Shown piece after piece: positions 31,079-38,793 of a stretch of 64,000 nt of DNA. How positions within the stretch are numbered: position 1 is the stretch's first letter; each line of letters opens with the position of its first letter. The notes beneath the pieces are model-generated. The model worked only from the letters and a program-made list of their open reading frames with translations. It had not been told where the DNA came from and made no database searches. A program made the position numbers and the translations under genes. The DNA comes from an uncultured Pseudomonadales bacterium (lineage in GTDB: Bacteria > Pseudomonadota > Gammaproteobacteria > Pseudomonadales > JAUIET01): assembly GCA_964352475.1 (NCBI GenBank), contig CAYGSL010000005.1, positions 85,622 to 149,621 of the forward strand. The letters are read 5' to 3'.

Positions 31079-31342
31079 ATGAAAGCGCCTCTTTTACACA
31101 TAATCCAGACAGAGCTCAGTCAGATTCGAACCAAGCAATTTATTGAAGCGCTCGGTGAATCTGATGTTGTTGTTGTTGTGCGCGAGCAGGCCAGCCTGAT
31201 CAAGGCACTGGAATCTGTATCTCATGAACCGGCTTACGCGCTTTATGATGCTGATTCAGAGGAAGTGTCTGCGCTAAAACAGATACGATATGCGAAGTTT
31301 GTGGATTTGATAGCCCAATGCGCGCAAAGCAGAAGTTGGTGA
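31079..31342 (+). CDS. tusB: TusB / DsrH-like protein
   Basis: 87 aa; LLHII.., ..YAKFVDLIAQCAQSRSW resembles the TusB C-terminus (YTDFVRLTVKHPSQMAW). Confidence 0.6.
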   Translation: MKAPLLHIIQTELSQIRTKQFIEALGESDVVVVVREQASLIKALESVSHEPAYALYDADSEEVSALKQIRYAKFVDLIAQCAQSRSW

Positions 31343-31549
31343 CCGGCAGCAAGCGGGAATCATTTAGGCCTGATTTCGTGACCGCTGTCTAATTTGTAAA
31401 CAATTGAGTAATATTTAACCGATCAAAAACTATACTGATTAGAAGGACGACCGTTACGTGGTTCACTAAAGAATCCGAACATTGCGGCACAAGGATTAGT
31501 TCCGCCAGACTCGACAATGAGTGTCGGGCGTATTTTGACAGGAACAGAT

Positions 31550-31741
31550 ATGACACAGGCCAATATTGCAGACCGCCCGGCTATTAGACCGACCAGACCA
31601 GATAAAGAGCGGGTATTCAAACAGGACGCCCACTGGTTTTTTAAGACTCGCGAGGGTGCCCCTAAAGGACCGTTTATCGACAAGCAGCACGCGTATTGGG
31701 CGTTAGCCAAGCATATTCGCCAACAATGCTCGTTCAGATAA
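31550..31741 (+). CDS. Small hypothetical protein (63 aa)
   Basis: MTQANIADRP..HWFFKTREGAPKGPFIDKQHAYWALAKHI. An AGGA lies 7 nt upstream of this ATG; the upstream ATG at 31517 has no SD. Confidence 0.45.
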   Translation: MTQANIADRPAIRPTRPDKERVFKQDAHWFFKTREGAPKGPFIDKQHAYWALAKHIRQQCSFR

Positions 31742-31758
31742 CGCGCTAACCTTAAGTA

Positions 31759-32769
31759 CTATTGATATCCGTTTGGATTTTGGCTCTGCCACTTCCAGGC
31801 ATCTCTGACCATGTCTTCGACATTGCGGGTCGCTTGCCAACCCAATTCCTCATTAGCCAGACTTGAATCCGCGTAGCATGTAGCGATATCGCCGGGTCTA
31901 CGCGCCACTATTTCATAAGCCACTGGCTTACCCGTTTCTTGTTCAAATGCCTTGACCATATCAAGCACCGAATAACCGTTGCCAGTGCCCAGGTTGTAGG
32001 TGACAACACCTGGTTGGCCCTGCAAGCGCTCCAAAGCCCTAAGATGCCCGTTTGCCAGGTCTTCTACATGAATGTAATCGCGCACACCAGTGCCGTCAGG
32101 TGTTGGATAATCGTCACCGAATACGGCCAGTTTTTCCAATTTCCCAACCGCTACCTGACTGATAAACGGCATCAAATTATTGGGGATATCCGACGGGTCT
32201 TCCCCGATTGTGCCGCTGGCATGGGCGCCAACTGGATTAAAATAGCGCAGTAATGCGATGTTCCAAGACGCATCCGATACATTAAGGTCACGTAGAATTT
32301 CTTCCACCATCAACTTGGACCGCCCATAGGGGTTAGTCGCAGACAGCGGAAAATCTTCCTTAATTGGAACCGTTGCCGGGTCGCCGTAAACAGTCGCCGA
32401 CGAACTGAACACCAGATTGTGAACATTGCTCGCCGCCATTGCATCACAGAGCGTTAATGTGCCCTGTATGTTGTTCTGGTAATACATCAAGGACTTTTGT
32501 ACTGATTCACCAACCGCCTTAAGACCGGCAAAGTGAATGACGGAATCGAAATCGTATTGGCCAAACACCGCGGCCAAACCTTCGCTATCGCGAATGTCCA
32601 CCTTATGAAATGGCAGATTTTTGGAGGTGATCGCTTCGACTCTGCGAATCGCTTCTTCGCTGCTATTTGACAGGTTATCAACCACCACGGCCTGATGCCC
32701 TGCTTCCAACAATTGCACGCAGGTGTGGCTGCCAATGTACCCCGCTCCACCCGTGACCAATACTTTCAT
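31759..32769 (-). CDS. galE: UDP-glucose 4-epimerase
   Basis: MKVLVTGGAGYIGSH and YGRSK. The start is taken at ATG 32769; I reject the 68-codon upstream extension in the track ORF. Confidence 0.9.
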   Translation of the reverse strand: MKVLVTGGAGYIGSHTCVQLLEAGHQAVVVDNLSNSSEEAIRRVEAITSKNLPFHKVDIRDSEGLAAVFGQYDFDSVIHFAGLKAVGESVQKSLMYYQNNIQGTLTLCDAMAASNVHNLVFSSSATVYGDPATVPIKEDFPLSATNPYGRSKLMVEEILRDLNVSDASWNIALLRYFNPVGAHASGTIGEDPSDIPNNLMPFISQVAVGKLEKLAVFGDDYPTPDGTGVRDYIHVEDLANGHLRALERLQGQPGVVTYNLGTGNGYSVLDMVKAFEQETGKPVAYEIVARRPGDIATCYADSSLANEELGWQATRNVEDMVRDAWKWQSQNPNGYQ

Positions 32770-32860
32770 TTCGATTCTCCAGTTAACCCTCTTATAATAG
32801 TCCAATAGCTGTGAATCGCTGATTCCTGGCCAAAAATTACCTGAACAGCCAGCCCCGCAC

Positions 32861-33964
32861 ATGAGTGATTCCCTGATTAAGAGCGACCAACCTTCTGTCG
32901 AACAATACAAACAGCAGCTCGCCAAGAAACTCAGCATGGTGCGAAACCATCTGTCGCCCTTCACCAGCATCACACCTGACGTTTTTGAGTCGCCGGTGCA
33001 TGGCTACCGCATGCGCGCTGAATTTCGAATTTGGCACGAAGAAGACCGTAGCTACTACGTTATGTTCCCAAAAGGCAAACCGAAAGAGCCGTATCGCATA
33101 GAGTCGTTTACGGCCGGCTCTGTAACGATACAACGATTGATGCCGCTGCTGATTGAGAAGGTACGAACGACGCCTTGCTTGCGCGAACGCCTGTTCCAGA
33201 TTGATTTCCTAAGCACAACACGTGGGGATTGTTTATTGTCGATGCTTTACCACCGTAGGCTGGATGACAAATGGTCAATGGCAGCGAGCGAACTTCAACA
33301 GGCTTTGGGCGTTAATCTTATTGGTCGAAGCCGCAAACAAAAGATAGTGTTGGCCGACGATTACGTAGACGAGGAATTTGTAGTTGCGGGTCGCACACTG
33401 CAATATAGGCAACTGGAAAACAGTTTTACCCAACCCAATGCGACCATTAATCAGGCCATGTTGAATTGGGTTCATAGTCATTGCAGTGAGAGTTCTGGTG
33501 ACTTGCTGGAATTGTATTGCGGCAATGGGAATTTCAGCATCGCTCTTTCAAACATGTTCGACAAAGTATTGGCCACGGAACTGGATAAAGGCGGCCTTCG
33601 TGCCGCTCAACATAATGTTGAATCAAACGGAGTGCGCAATATTGCTCTTGGACGCTTGTCAGCGGCCGAAGTTGCTGAAGCTTTATCAGGCGTTCGCCGC
33701 TTTCGCCGGCTGCAGCACGTCGACTTGGACGATTACGAATTCAGCACCGTGTTAGTTGATCCGCCACGCAGTGGACTGGATCCACAAACACTGGCTTTTA
33801 TACAACAGTTTTCGAATATTATTTATGTCTCGTGCAATCCTCTGTCACTGGCTGAGAATCTTCAGCAGTTATGTCACACGCATCAGGTTCGCGAGTTCGC
33901 TGTATTCGATCAATTTCCATTTACTGAACACATTGAATCTGCTGTTATTTTACGTGCTCAATAA
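32861..33964 (+). CDS. trmA: tRNA (uracil54-C5)-methyltransferase
   Basis: EQYKQQLAKK..SPVHGYRMRAEFRIWHE and LELYCGNGNFS (SAM site), with VDPPRSGLD and YVSCNP. Confidence 0.9.
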   Translation: MSDSLIKSDQPSVEQYKQQLAKKLSMVRNHLSPFTSITPDVFESPVHGYRMRAEFRIWHEEDRSYYVMFPKGKPKEPYRIESFTAGSVTIQRLMPLLIEKVRTTPCLRERLFQIDFLSTTRGDCLLSMLYHRRLDDKWSMAASELQQALGVNLIGRSRKQKIVLADDYVDEEFVVAGRTLQYRQLENSFTQPNATINQAMLNWVHSHCSESSGDLLELYCGNGNFSIALSNMFDKVLATELDKGGLRAAQHNVESNGVRNIALGRLSAAEVAEALSGVRRFRRLQHVDLDDYEFSTVLVDPPRSGLDPQTLAFIQQFSNIIYVSCNPLSLAENLQQLCHTHQVREFAVFDQFPFTEHIESAVILRAQ

Positions 33965-34845
33965 ACCTGAATACCGAGCTCGGCAAGCCGTTGCGGCAGC
34001 ACCGAATCCAGCTGGCTAATATCGTTTTCATCCAGTTCTAACAAGGTAAGTTGATGCTCGGTGCACCACTGCTGCTTGGCTAGCCGCTCAGATAAAACAG
34101 CGGGTGGGTCAGATGCATACCAAATATCAATGTACAAACCGTACTTGGGCAAATAGAAATCACATTTATACATCTCGTGACCGCCAAGGACACGGCGATA
34201 GGCGTGGCTAAGATCCAGCAAGTACAGCCACTGGCAGAGTTCCGCCTCCGCGGCAGTCGCCAAGATATGCCCATCCAACGCGGTTATACAAACCGCACCA
34301 GATAGCTCGGTAGTGTTCTCTGACTCGAACAGGTCGGGCTCGTGGTCTTGCTGGCGATGCTGCAAAATATTGATAGCGTTGAAATGCGAGACCAATTCGG
34401 GCTCGCTAAGCAGGGATCGTGGCCAACTCGCGTAAAATTTGCCTTCTTCAGTTTGTAATTGGGACGCCCCTAAAGCCGTGCCCGCATCGGTGAGCAGCCA
34501 GCCTGTTGAGGTGTGCCGAATCCAGCCCAGTTCGCGAAGTACTCGATTCGTTAGCCGCGCTGACCTGCCAAAATGATCCCCAATACCGCTGGCTGTGATC
34601 TGGGTTGCGTCCGCTGCCGCCAGTAACAACGGATGTTCCAACAGCTTTTCCGGCCAGACAATGTAGCGGCCGAACGATTCTGAATCCCGGTACTCGCCAC
34701 CTTGCTCAGTGCCTTTCTTCAGTAATTCCCAGCTATCGTCAACACGCTGTATCCATTCGTAATCTTTCAGCAAAAGAAACAATCGGCGCGACGACATCTT
34801 TAGCGCTTTGGCCAATGCGGTGGTTGATACTGAACGTTGTTCCAT
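33958..34845 (-). CDS. Hypothetical protein: two tandem wHTH-like modules plus a C-terminal PD-(D/E)xK-nuclease-like domain
   Basis: The internal repeat is STTALAKALKMSSRRLFLLLKDYEWIQR..SWELLKKGTEQGG..YIVWPEKLL versus TASGIGDHFGRSARLTNRVLRELGWIRH..GWLLTDAGTALGA..YASWPRSLL. The C-terminus reads LDGHILATAAEAELCQWL..YKCDFYLPKYGLYIDIWY. I prefer ATG 34845; TTG 34857 is possible. Confidence 0.6.
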   Translation of the reverse strand: MEQRSVSTTALAKALKMSSRRLFLLLKDYEWIQRVDDSWELLKKGTEQGGEYRDSESFGRYIVWPEKLLEHPLLLAAADATQITASGIGDHFGRSARLTNRVLRELGWIRHTSTGWLLTDAGTALGASQLQTEEGKFYASWPRSLLSEPELVSHFNAINILQHRQQDHEPDLFESENTTELSGAVCITALDGHILATAAEAELCQWLYLLDLSHAYRRVLGGHEMYKCDFYLPKYGLYIDIWYASDPPAVLSERLAKQQWCTEHQLTLLELDENDISQLDSVLPQRLAELGIQVY

Positions 34846-35138
34846 CAGCGGCTCCAATATTGGGCGCTATGGTAACCTACGGAGGCGCACTCTCGGAATA
34901 AGTACGGGGTTTATGCGCAGTGTTTTCCACAGAATCTGTGTATAAATCTGGGTATAACTATAGTTTGCGCTAGCAGTTCGCTAACTATGCCAGCATTCCG
35001 CCACAGCCGGCCCTTACTTCCCTGCCAGGATATCCTTTAATTTTCAACAAGTTAACAGATCATTCTCAAATATGACAAACTTATACACGCTAAGCCATTC
35101 ATAACGTTCTGATTATGCTTAGTTGTGCATATCTCGTT

Positions 35139-35795
35139 TCAAGCTTGCACAAATGGGTTGCTGATTTTTTCAGCACCAATCTGAGTGGCCGGACCGTGAC
35201 CGGTGATCACAGTGGCATCGTCATCCAGCGAATAGATGCGCTCTTTAATGGATTTTTCAATCTGCTTGAAGTCGCCTCCAGGCAGATCGGTGCGGCCAAT
35301 AGAGCTTTTGAATAAGGTATCGCCGGCAACCAAAAGCTTGTCTTGCTGGAACCAAAAGCTCATGGAGCCCTCGGTGTGGCCAGGCGTATGCAGGGCAACG
35401 CCATCACAGCAACACAGCGCTTCGTCATCTTCAAGCCAGAAATCAGGATCGGGCAGAGGCTCATACGGTATGTTGAACATCTTGCACTGGTCTTCAACCA
35501 TGTCCCACCACATCTTGTCACCCTTGTGCAGGTAAATGCCCGCTCCAGTGGCTTCTTTCAGCGCGCCGGACGCGAGTATATGGTCCAGGTGTGCATGGGT
35601 ATGGACGATGCTGACCAATCGCAGACCGTTGTCGTTCAAAACCTTCAGAATTCTGTCTGCATCACCACCAGGATCAATGACCATGGCTCGCTTGGAGACC
35701 GTGTCGCCAATAATGGCGCAATTACACTGCAATGGGCCCACCGGAAAGGTATCCATAAACATTGTTGATCCTTGCTGACCTGATGGTTCGGTCAT
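35139..35795 (-). CDS. MBL-fold hydrolase, YcbL/GloC-like (glyoxalase II type)
   Basis: HTHAHLDH, HTPGHTEGS, GDTLFKSSIGRTDLPGGD, GHGPAT. The start is uncertain: ATG 35795 overlaps the upstream stop, and 35762 is an alternative. Confidence 0.8.
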   Translation of the reverse strand: MTEPSGQQGSTMFMDTFPVGPLQCNCAIIGDTVSKRAMVIDPGGDADRILKVLNDNGLRLVSIVHTHAHLDHILASGALKEATGAGIYLHKGDKMWWDMVEDQCKMFNIPYEPLPDPDFWLEDDEALCCCDGVALHTPGHTEGSMSFWFQQDKLLVAGDTLFKSSIGRTDLPGGDFKQIEKSIKERIYSLDDDATVITGHGPATQIGAEKISNPFVQA

Positions 35796-36433
35796 CGCTC
35801 TACTCCTTCCAGAACTTGCTGATATCGCTTTTCCAATGCCGTATACAACGCCTGCTCGTAATCTGCACTGCCACTGTTCAATGCACCACTAATGTCAACC
35901 AAATGCTCATTGTCTTCCCTGCCCGACCAGAGCTTCACATAGCTGCCCTCTTTGTAGCCATGATCCTGACGGAAAAAGTTCAGCACATTCTTGCCCACGT
36001 ACATGCGATACAAATCATCGGCATCCATATCTGCACTTTGCAGCAGCGACCAAAAATGCGCTACTGAAAACTGCCGGCTGCTTAAGGTTGATTGGGCCAG
36101 GGTTTCGGTGGCAACTGGAATGGACACGTCGGGGTTCTCATAGTCATGCAGCGCTTGCTCCATTTCTATGGCGATGTCGGGGAAGTCTCGGCCATCAATC
36201 AGCATACTCAGACCAAAATGCCAGATATCAACGATTTCAAGGCGAACCTGCTCTAAATCAGGCGATTGTTTCTTCCACCATTTGTAACCGTGGTGATCCA
36301 TTAACTCTGCGCACTCAATCCACAACGCACGATAGTAGGCAAAGCCCTGATTGAACCACTCAGGGTGCACTTTGGAATTCATACGGTGTTGAAGCGCCAA
36401 CATGGCCTCAAACTGCAGCTGCCGCGAGCTCAT
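35792..36433 (-). CDS. Dimeric all-alpha dUTPase-family (dUTPase_2-like) NTP pyrophosphatase
   Basis: 213 aa; LQFEAMLALQHRMNSKV..W..YYRALWIECAELMDHHGYKWWKK..VRLEIVDIWHFGLSMLI. Confidence 0.65.
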   Translation of the reverse strand: MSSRQLQFEAMLALQHRMNSKVHPEWFNQGFAYYRALWIECAELMDHHGYKWWKKQSPDLEQVRLEIVDIWHFGLSMLIDGRDFPDIAIEMEQALHDYENPDVSIPVATETLAQSTLSSRQFSVAHFWSLLQSADMDADDLYRMYVGKNVLNFFRQDHGYKEGSYVKLWSGREDNEHLVDISGALNSGSADYEQALYTALEKRYQQVLEGVER

Positions 36434-36665
36434 GACTGTCTCCAGGGTTTTCTAGCGCAGGCAAGATAGCGACAAAGCAGCGCACAATCAAGTTTTAAGT
36501 TCTTCACTAACGGTAGATAGATCAGCTGCGGAGAGTCGTGCCTGCATCACTTTGTGAGACATTTCCGACGCCAGTTCGGGGCATTTAGAAGCGGCGAAAT
36601 CAAAACTAACTGTTATACTTAGTCAACGTCTGGCCGACACCTAACGACAAAAAAAGGAGCAGTAA

Positions 36666-36752
36666 ATGGACGGCAAATCGTGGTTTTTAATACTTGTGGC
36701 ATTTCCCGTTCTGCTAGGCCTTGTAACTTATCTTATAAATCTGTTTTTCTAG
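36666..36752 (+). CDS. Candidate 28-aa hydrophobic small protein
   Basis: MDGKSWFLILVAFPVLLGLVTYLINLFF. An AAGGAG SD lies 6 nt upstream of the ATG, and an extended -10 TGTTATACT sits at 36611-36619. The ORF is too short to appear in the ORF track. Confidence 0.35.
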   Translation: MDGKSWFLILVAFPVLLGLVTYLINLFF

Positions 36753-36819
36753 TTTTTGCGCCCAAGCGCGCCAAGTCACCGCAAAATACGGCAATGAGCA
36801 GTTCAATGGGAATAGATAA

Positions 36820-36896
36820 TGGGGTGGCGTATGGGGCTCGAACCCACGACCGCCGGAATCACAATCCGGAGCTCTACCAACTGAGCTAACGCCACC
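36820..36896 (-). tRNA. tRNA-His (anticodon GTG)
   Basis: GGTGGCGTTAGCTCAGTTGGTAGAGCTCCGGATTGTGATTCCGGCGGTCGTGGGTTCGAGCCCCATACGCCACCCCA. It has the G-1 typical of tRNA-His. Confidence 0.9.
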
Positions 36897-37007
36897 ATTG
36901 ATCAGATGCGTTGCCGCCATCCTGGCGCCACTTCTGAGTGTTTTTCAACACCGGCCGCGGCGTCCTGCCTCGGCGTTCGCGTCGCTACGAATGTCTGCTG
37001 ACATTCG

Positions 37008-37046
37008 GTCGAGTCTCACCCAACTGAGCTAACGCCACCATTGATC
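37008..37046 (-). pseudogene. Decayed second tRNA-His copy (5' ~20-30 nt plus upstream spacer only)
   Basis: An exact 27-nt repeat CCAACTGAGCTAACGCCACCATTGATC occurs at 36877-36903 and 37020-37046. The copy continues GGTGGCGTTAGCTCAGTTGGGTGAGACTCG and then loses the tRNA structure, with no CGCCACC 3' acceptor strand. Confidence 0.6.
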
Positions 37047-37107
37047 GATCAGGAGTAAACCCTGATTTGATGCTCGCCATCCTTTATCGGGCTGGTACCC
37101 GCCGAAT

Positions 37108-37184
37108 TGGCGCGCCCGGCAGGACTCGAACCTGCAACCCTCGGCTTAGAAGGCCGATGCTCTATCCAGTTGAGCTACGGGCGC
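37108..37184 (-). tRNA. tRNA-Arg (anticodon TCT)
   Basis: GCGCCCGTAGCTCAACTGGATAGAGCATCGGCCTTCTAAGCCGAGGGTTGCAGGTTCGAGTCCTGCCGGGCGCGCCA. Confidence 0.9.
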
Positions 37185-37208
37185 GTGGCTTCCGTCACGG
37201 ACCGGAAA

Positions 37209-37285
37209 TGGTCGGGGTAGAGAGATTCGAACTCCCGACATCCTGCTCCCAAAGCAGGCGCGCTACCAGACTGCGCTATACCCCG
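37209..37285 (-). tRNA. tRNA-Pro (anticodon TGG)
   Basis: CGGGGTATAGCGCAGTCTGGTAGCGCGCCTGCTTTGGGAGCAGGATGTCGGGAGTTCGAATCTCTCTACCCCGACCA. Confidence 0.9.
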
Positions 37286-37323
37286 ATTAATCCCTTCCAA
37301 GCACTCTCAGACGAGAGGACGGC

Positions 37324-37352
37324 ATCATACTCATGCGACCCTGCCCCGTCAA
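37324..37352 (-). promoter_or_regulatory. Candidate sigma70 promoter for the tRNA Pro-Arg-His operon
   Basis: On the minus strand: TTGACG (37352-37347), 17-nt spacer, TATGAT (37329-37324), about 40 nt upstream of tRNA-Pro. Confidence 0.5.
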
Positions 37353-37380
37353 TGGTGCTTGATCGGGTCATTGCCGCGCA

Positions 37381-38793
37381 TTATTTACGACGCCAACGTG
37401 TGCCTTCCCGGCTGTCTTCCAATACTATTCCCTGCTCAGCCAAATCCTGGCGTATTTGGTCTGCACGAGCATAGTCTTTGGCTGCTTTCGAGGCATCCCG
37501 CTCTGCCACCAAAGTGCCTACCTCGTTGTCAGATAAGCCTTCATCTCCCGTCTGTGAGTCTCCTGCGCGCAGCGCTTCCAAAGGCTCGCGCTGCACTATT
37601 CCCAGCAAACCACCAAGCGTTCGAATTGCGGCCGCCAAATCGTTTGCCAACGCACTATTGCCCTCTTTTTTGGCTATGTTCAATTGCCTGACCAAATCAA
37701 AGACCGCGGCCATCGCTTCCGGAGTATTGAAGTCATCATCCATCGCTTCGGTAAAGCGAGTTCGGGCAGCAGCGCTATGTTCTGCCTCGGTATCCCCTTG
37801 CTGCCAGTCTACATCCAGCAAGGCCAGGTAAATACGCTCCAGCGCTGCACCTGCATTTCTTAAATTCTCTTCCGAGTAATTGATGGGTGTTCGGTATTGC
37901 GTGGCCACTAGAAAGTAACGAACGGTCTCCGCATCGTATTTCTGCAAAATGTCTCTAATGGTGAAAAAATTACCGAGTGACTTGGACATCTTTTCCTGAT
38001 CAACGCGAACCGCATTATTGTGCAACCAGTATTTGGCGAAGTGCTGATGAGTGGCGGCCTCCGACTGCGCAATTTCGTTTTCATGATGTGGGAAAACCAG
38101 ATCCTGGCCGCCACCATGAATATCAAAACTGGCACCAAGATTGTCCATAGACATTGCCGAGCATTCGATATGCCAGCCTGGCCTGCCTCTGCCCCAGGGC
38201 GCATCAAAATGGGCGTCAGACGGCTCGGCGGGATTGGCTCCCTTCCATAAGGCGAAATCTCGTGGGTCTTTTTTCAGTTCGCCTATTTCTACTCTTGCTC
38301 CATCCAGTAGCTCATCGGGTTTCTTTCCTGAGAGTTTGCCGTAACCGGCAAAGCTATCAACCGAAAAGTACACATCACCATTATCTACCGCGTAGGCACT
38401 GCCATTGTCTATCAAGGTTGCTATTATGGCTTTCATAGAGTCAATGTATTGCGTTGCTCGCGGCTCAATATCTGGCGGCAAAATCCCAAGTGCCTTCTCG
38501 TCTTCGTGCATGTAGCCAATAAAACGCTCGGTTAAATCGCGAAACGGCTCGTTAAGCTCAAGCGCTCGTTTTAATATCTTGTCTTCGATATCAGTAATGT
38601 TCTTCACGTAGGTAAGCTCATAGCCACTATGTCGCAACCAACGTGCAATAACATCGAATGCAACCAGCATGCGCGCATGGCCCAAGTGGCAATAGTCGTA
38701 AACCGTTATGCCACACACATACATTCGCACTCGATTGCCATCGAGAGGAACAAATTCTTCTTTTTGCCTACTCAGCGTATTAAAAACTCTCAT
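37381..38793 (-). CDS. cysS: Cysteinyl-tRNA synthetase
   Basis: [24 protein letters not shown]. The start at 38793 overlaps the glnS stop (ATGA). Confidence 0.95.
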   Translation of the reverse strand: MRVFNTLSRQKEEFVPLDGNRVRMYVCGITVYDYCHLGHARMLVAFDVIARWLRHSGYELTYVKNITDIEDKILKRALELNEPFRDLTERFIGYMHEDEKALGILPPDIEPRATQYIDSMKAIIATLIDNGSAYAVDNGDVYFSVDSFAGYGKLSGKKPDELLDGARVEIGELKKDPRDFALWKGANPAEPSDAHFDAPWGRGRPGWHIECSAMSMDNLGASFDIHGGGQDLVFPHHENEIAQSEAATHQHFAKYWLHNNAVRVDQEKMSKSLGNFFTIRDILQKYDAETVRYFLVATQYRTPINYSEENLRNAGAALERIYLALLDVDWQQGDTEAEHSAAARTRFTEAMDDDFNTPEAMAAVFDLVRQLNIAKKEGNSALANDLAAAIRTLGGLLGIVQREPLEALRAGDSQTGDEGLSDNEVGTLVAERDASKAAKDYARADQIRQDLAEQGIVLEDSREGTRWRRK

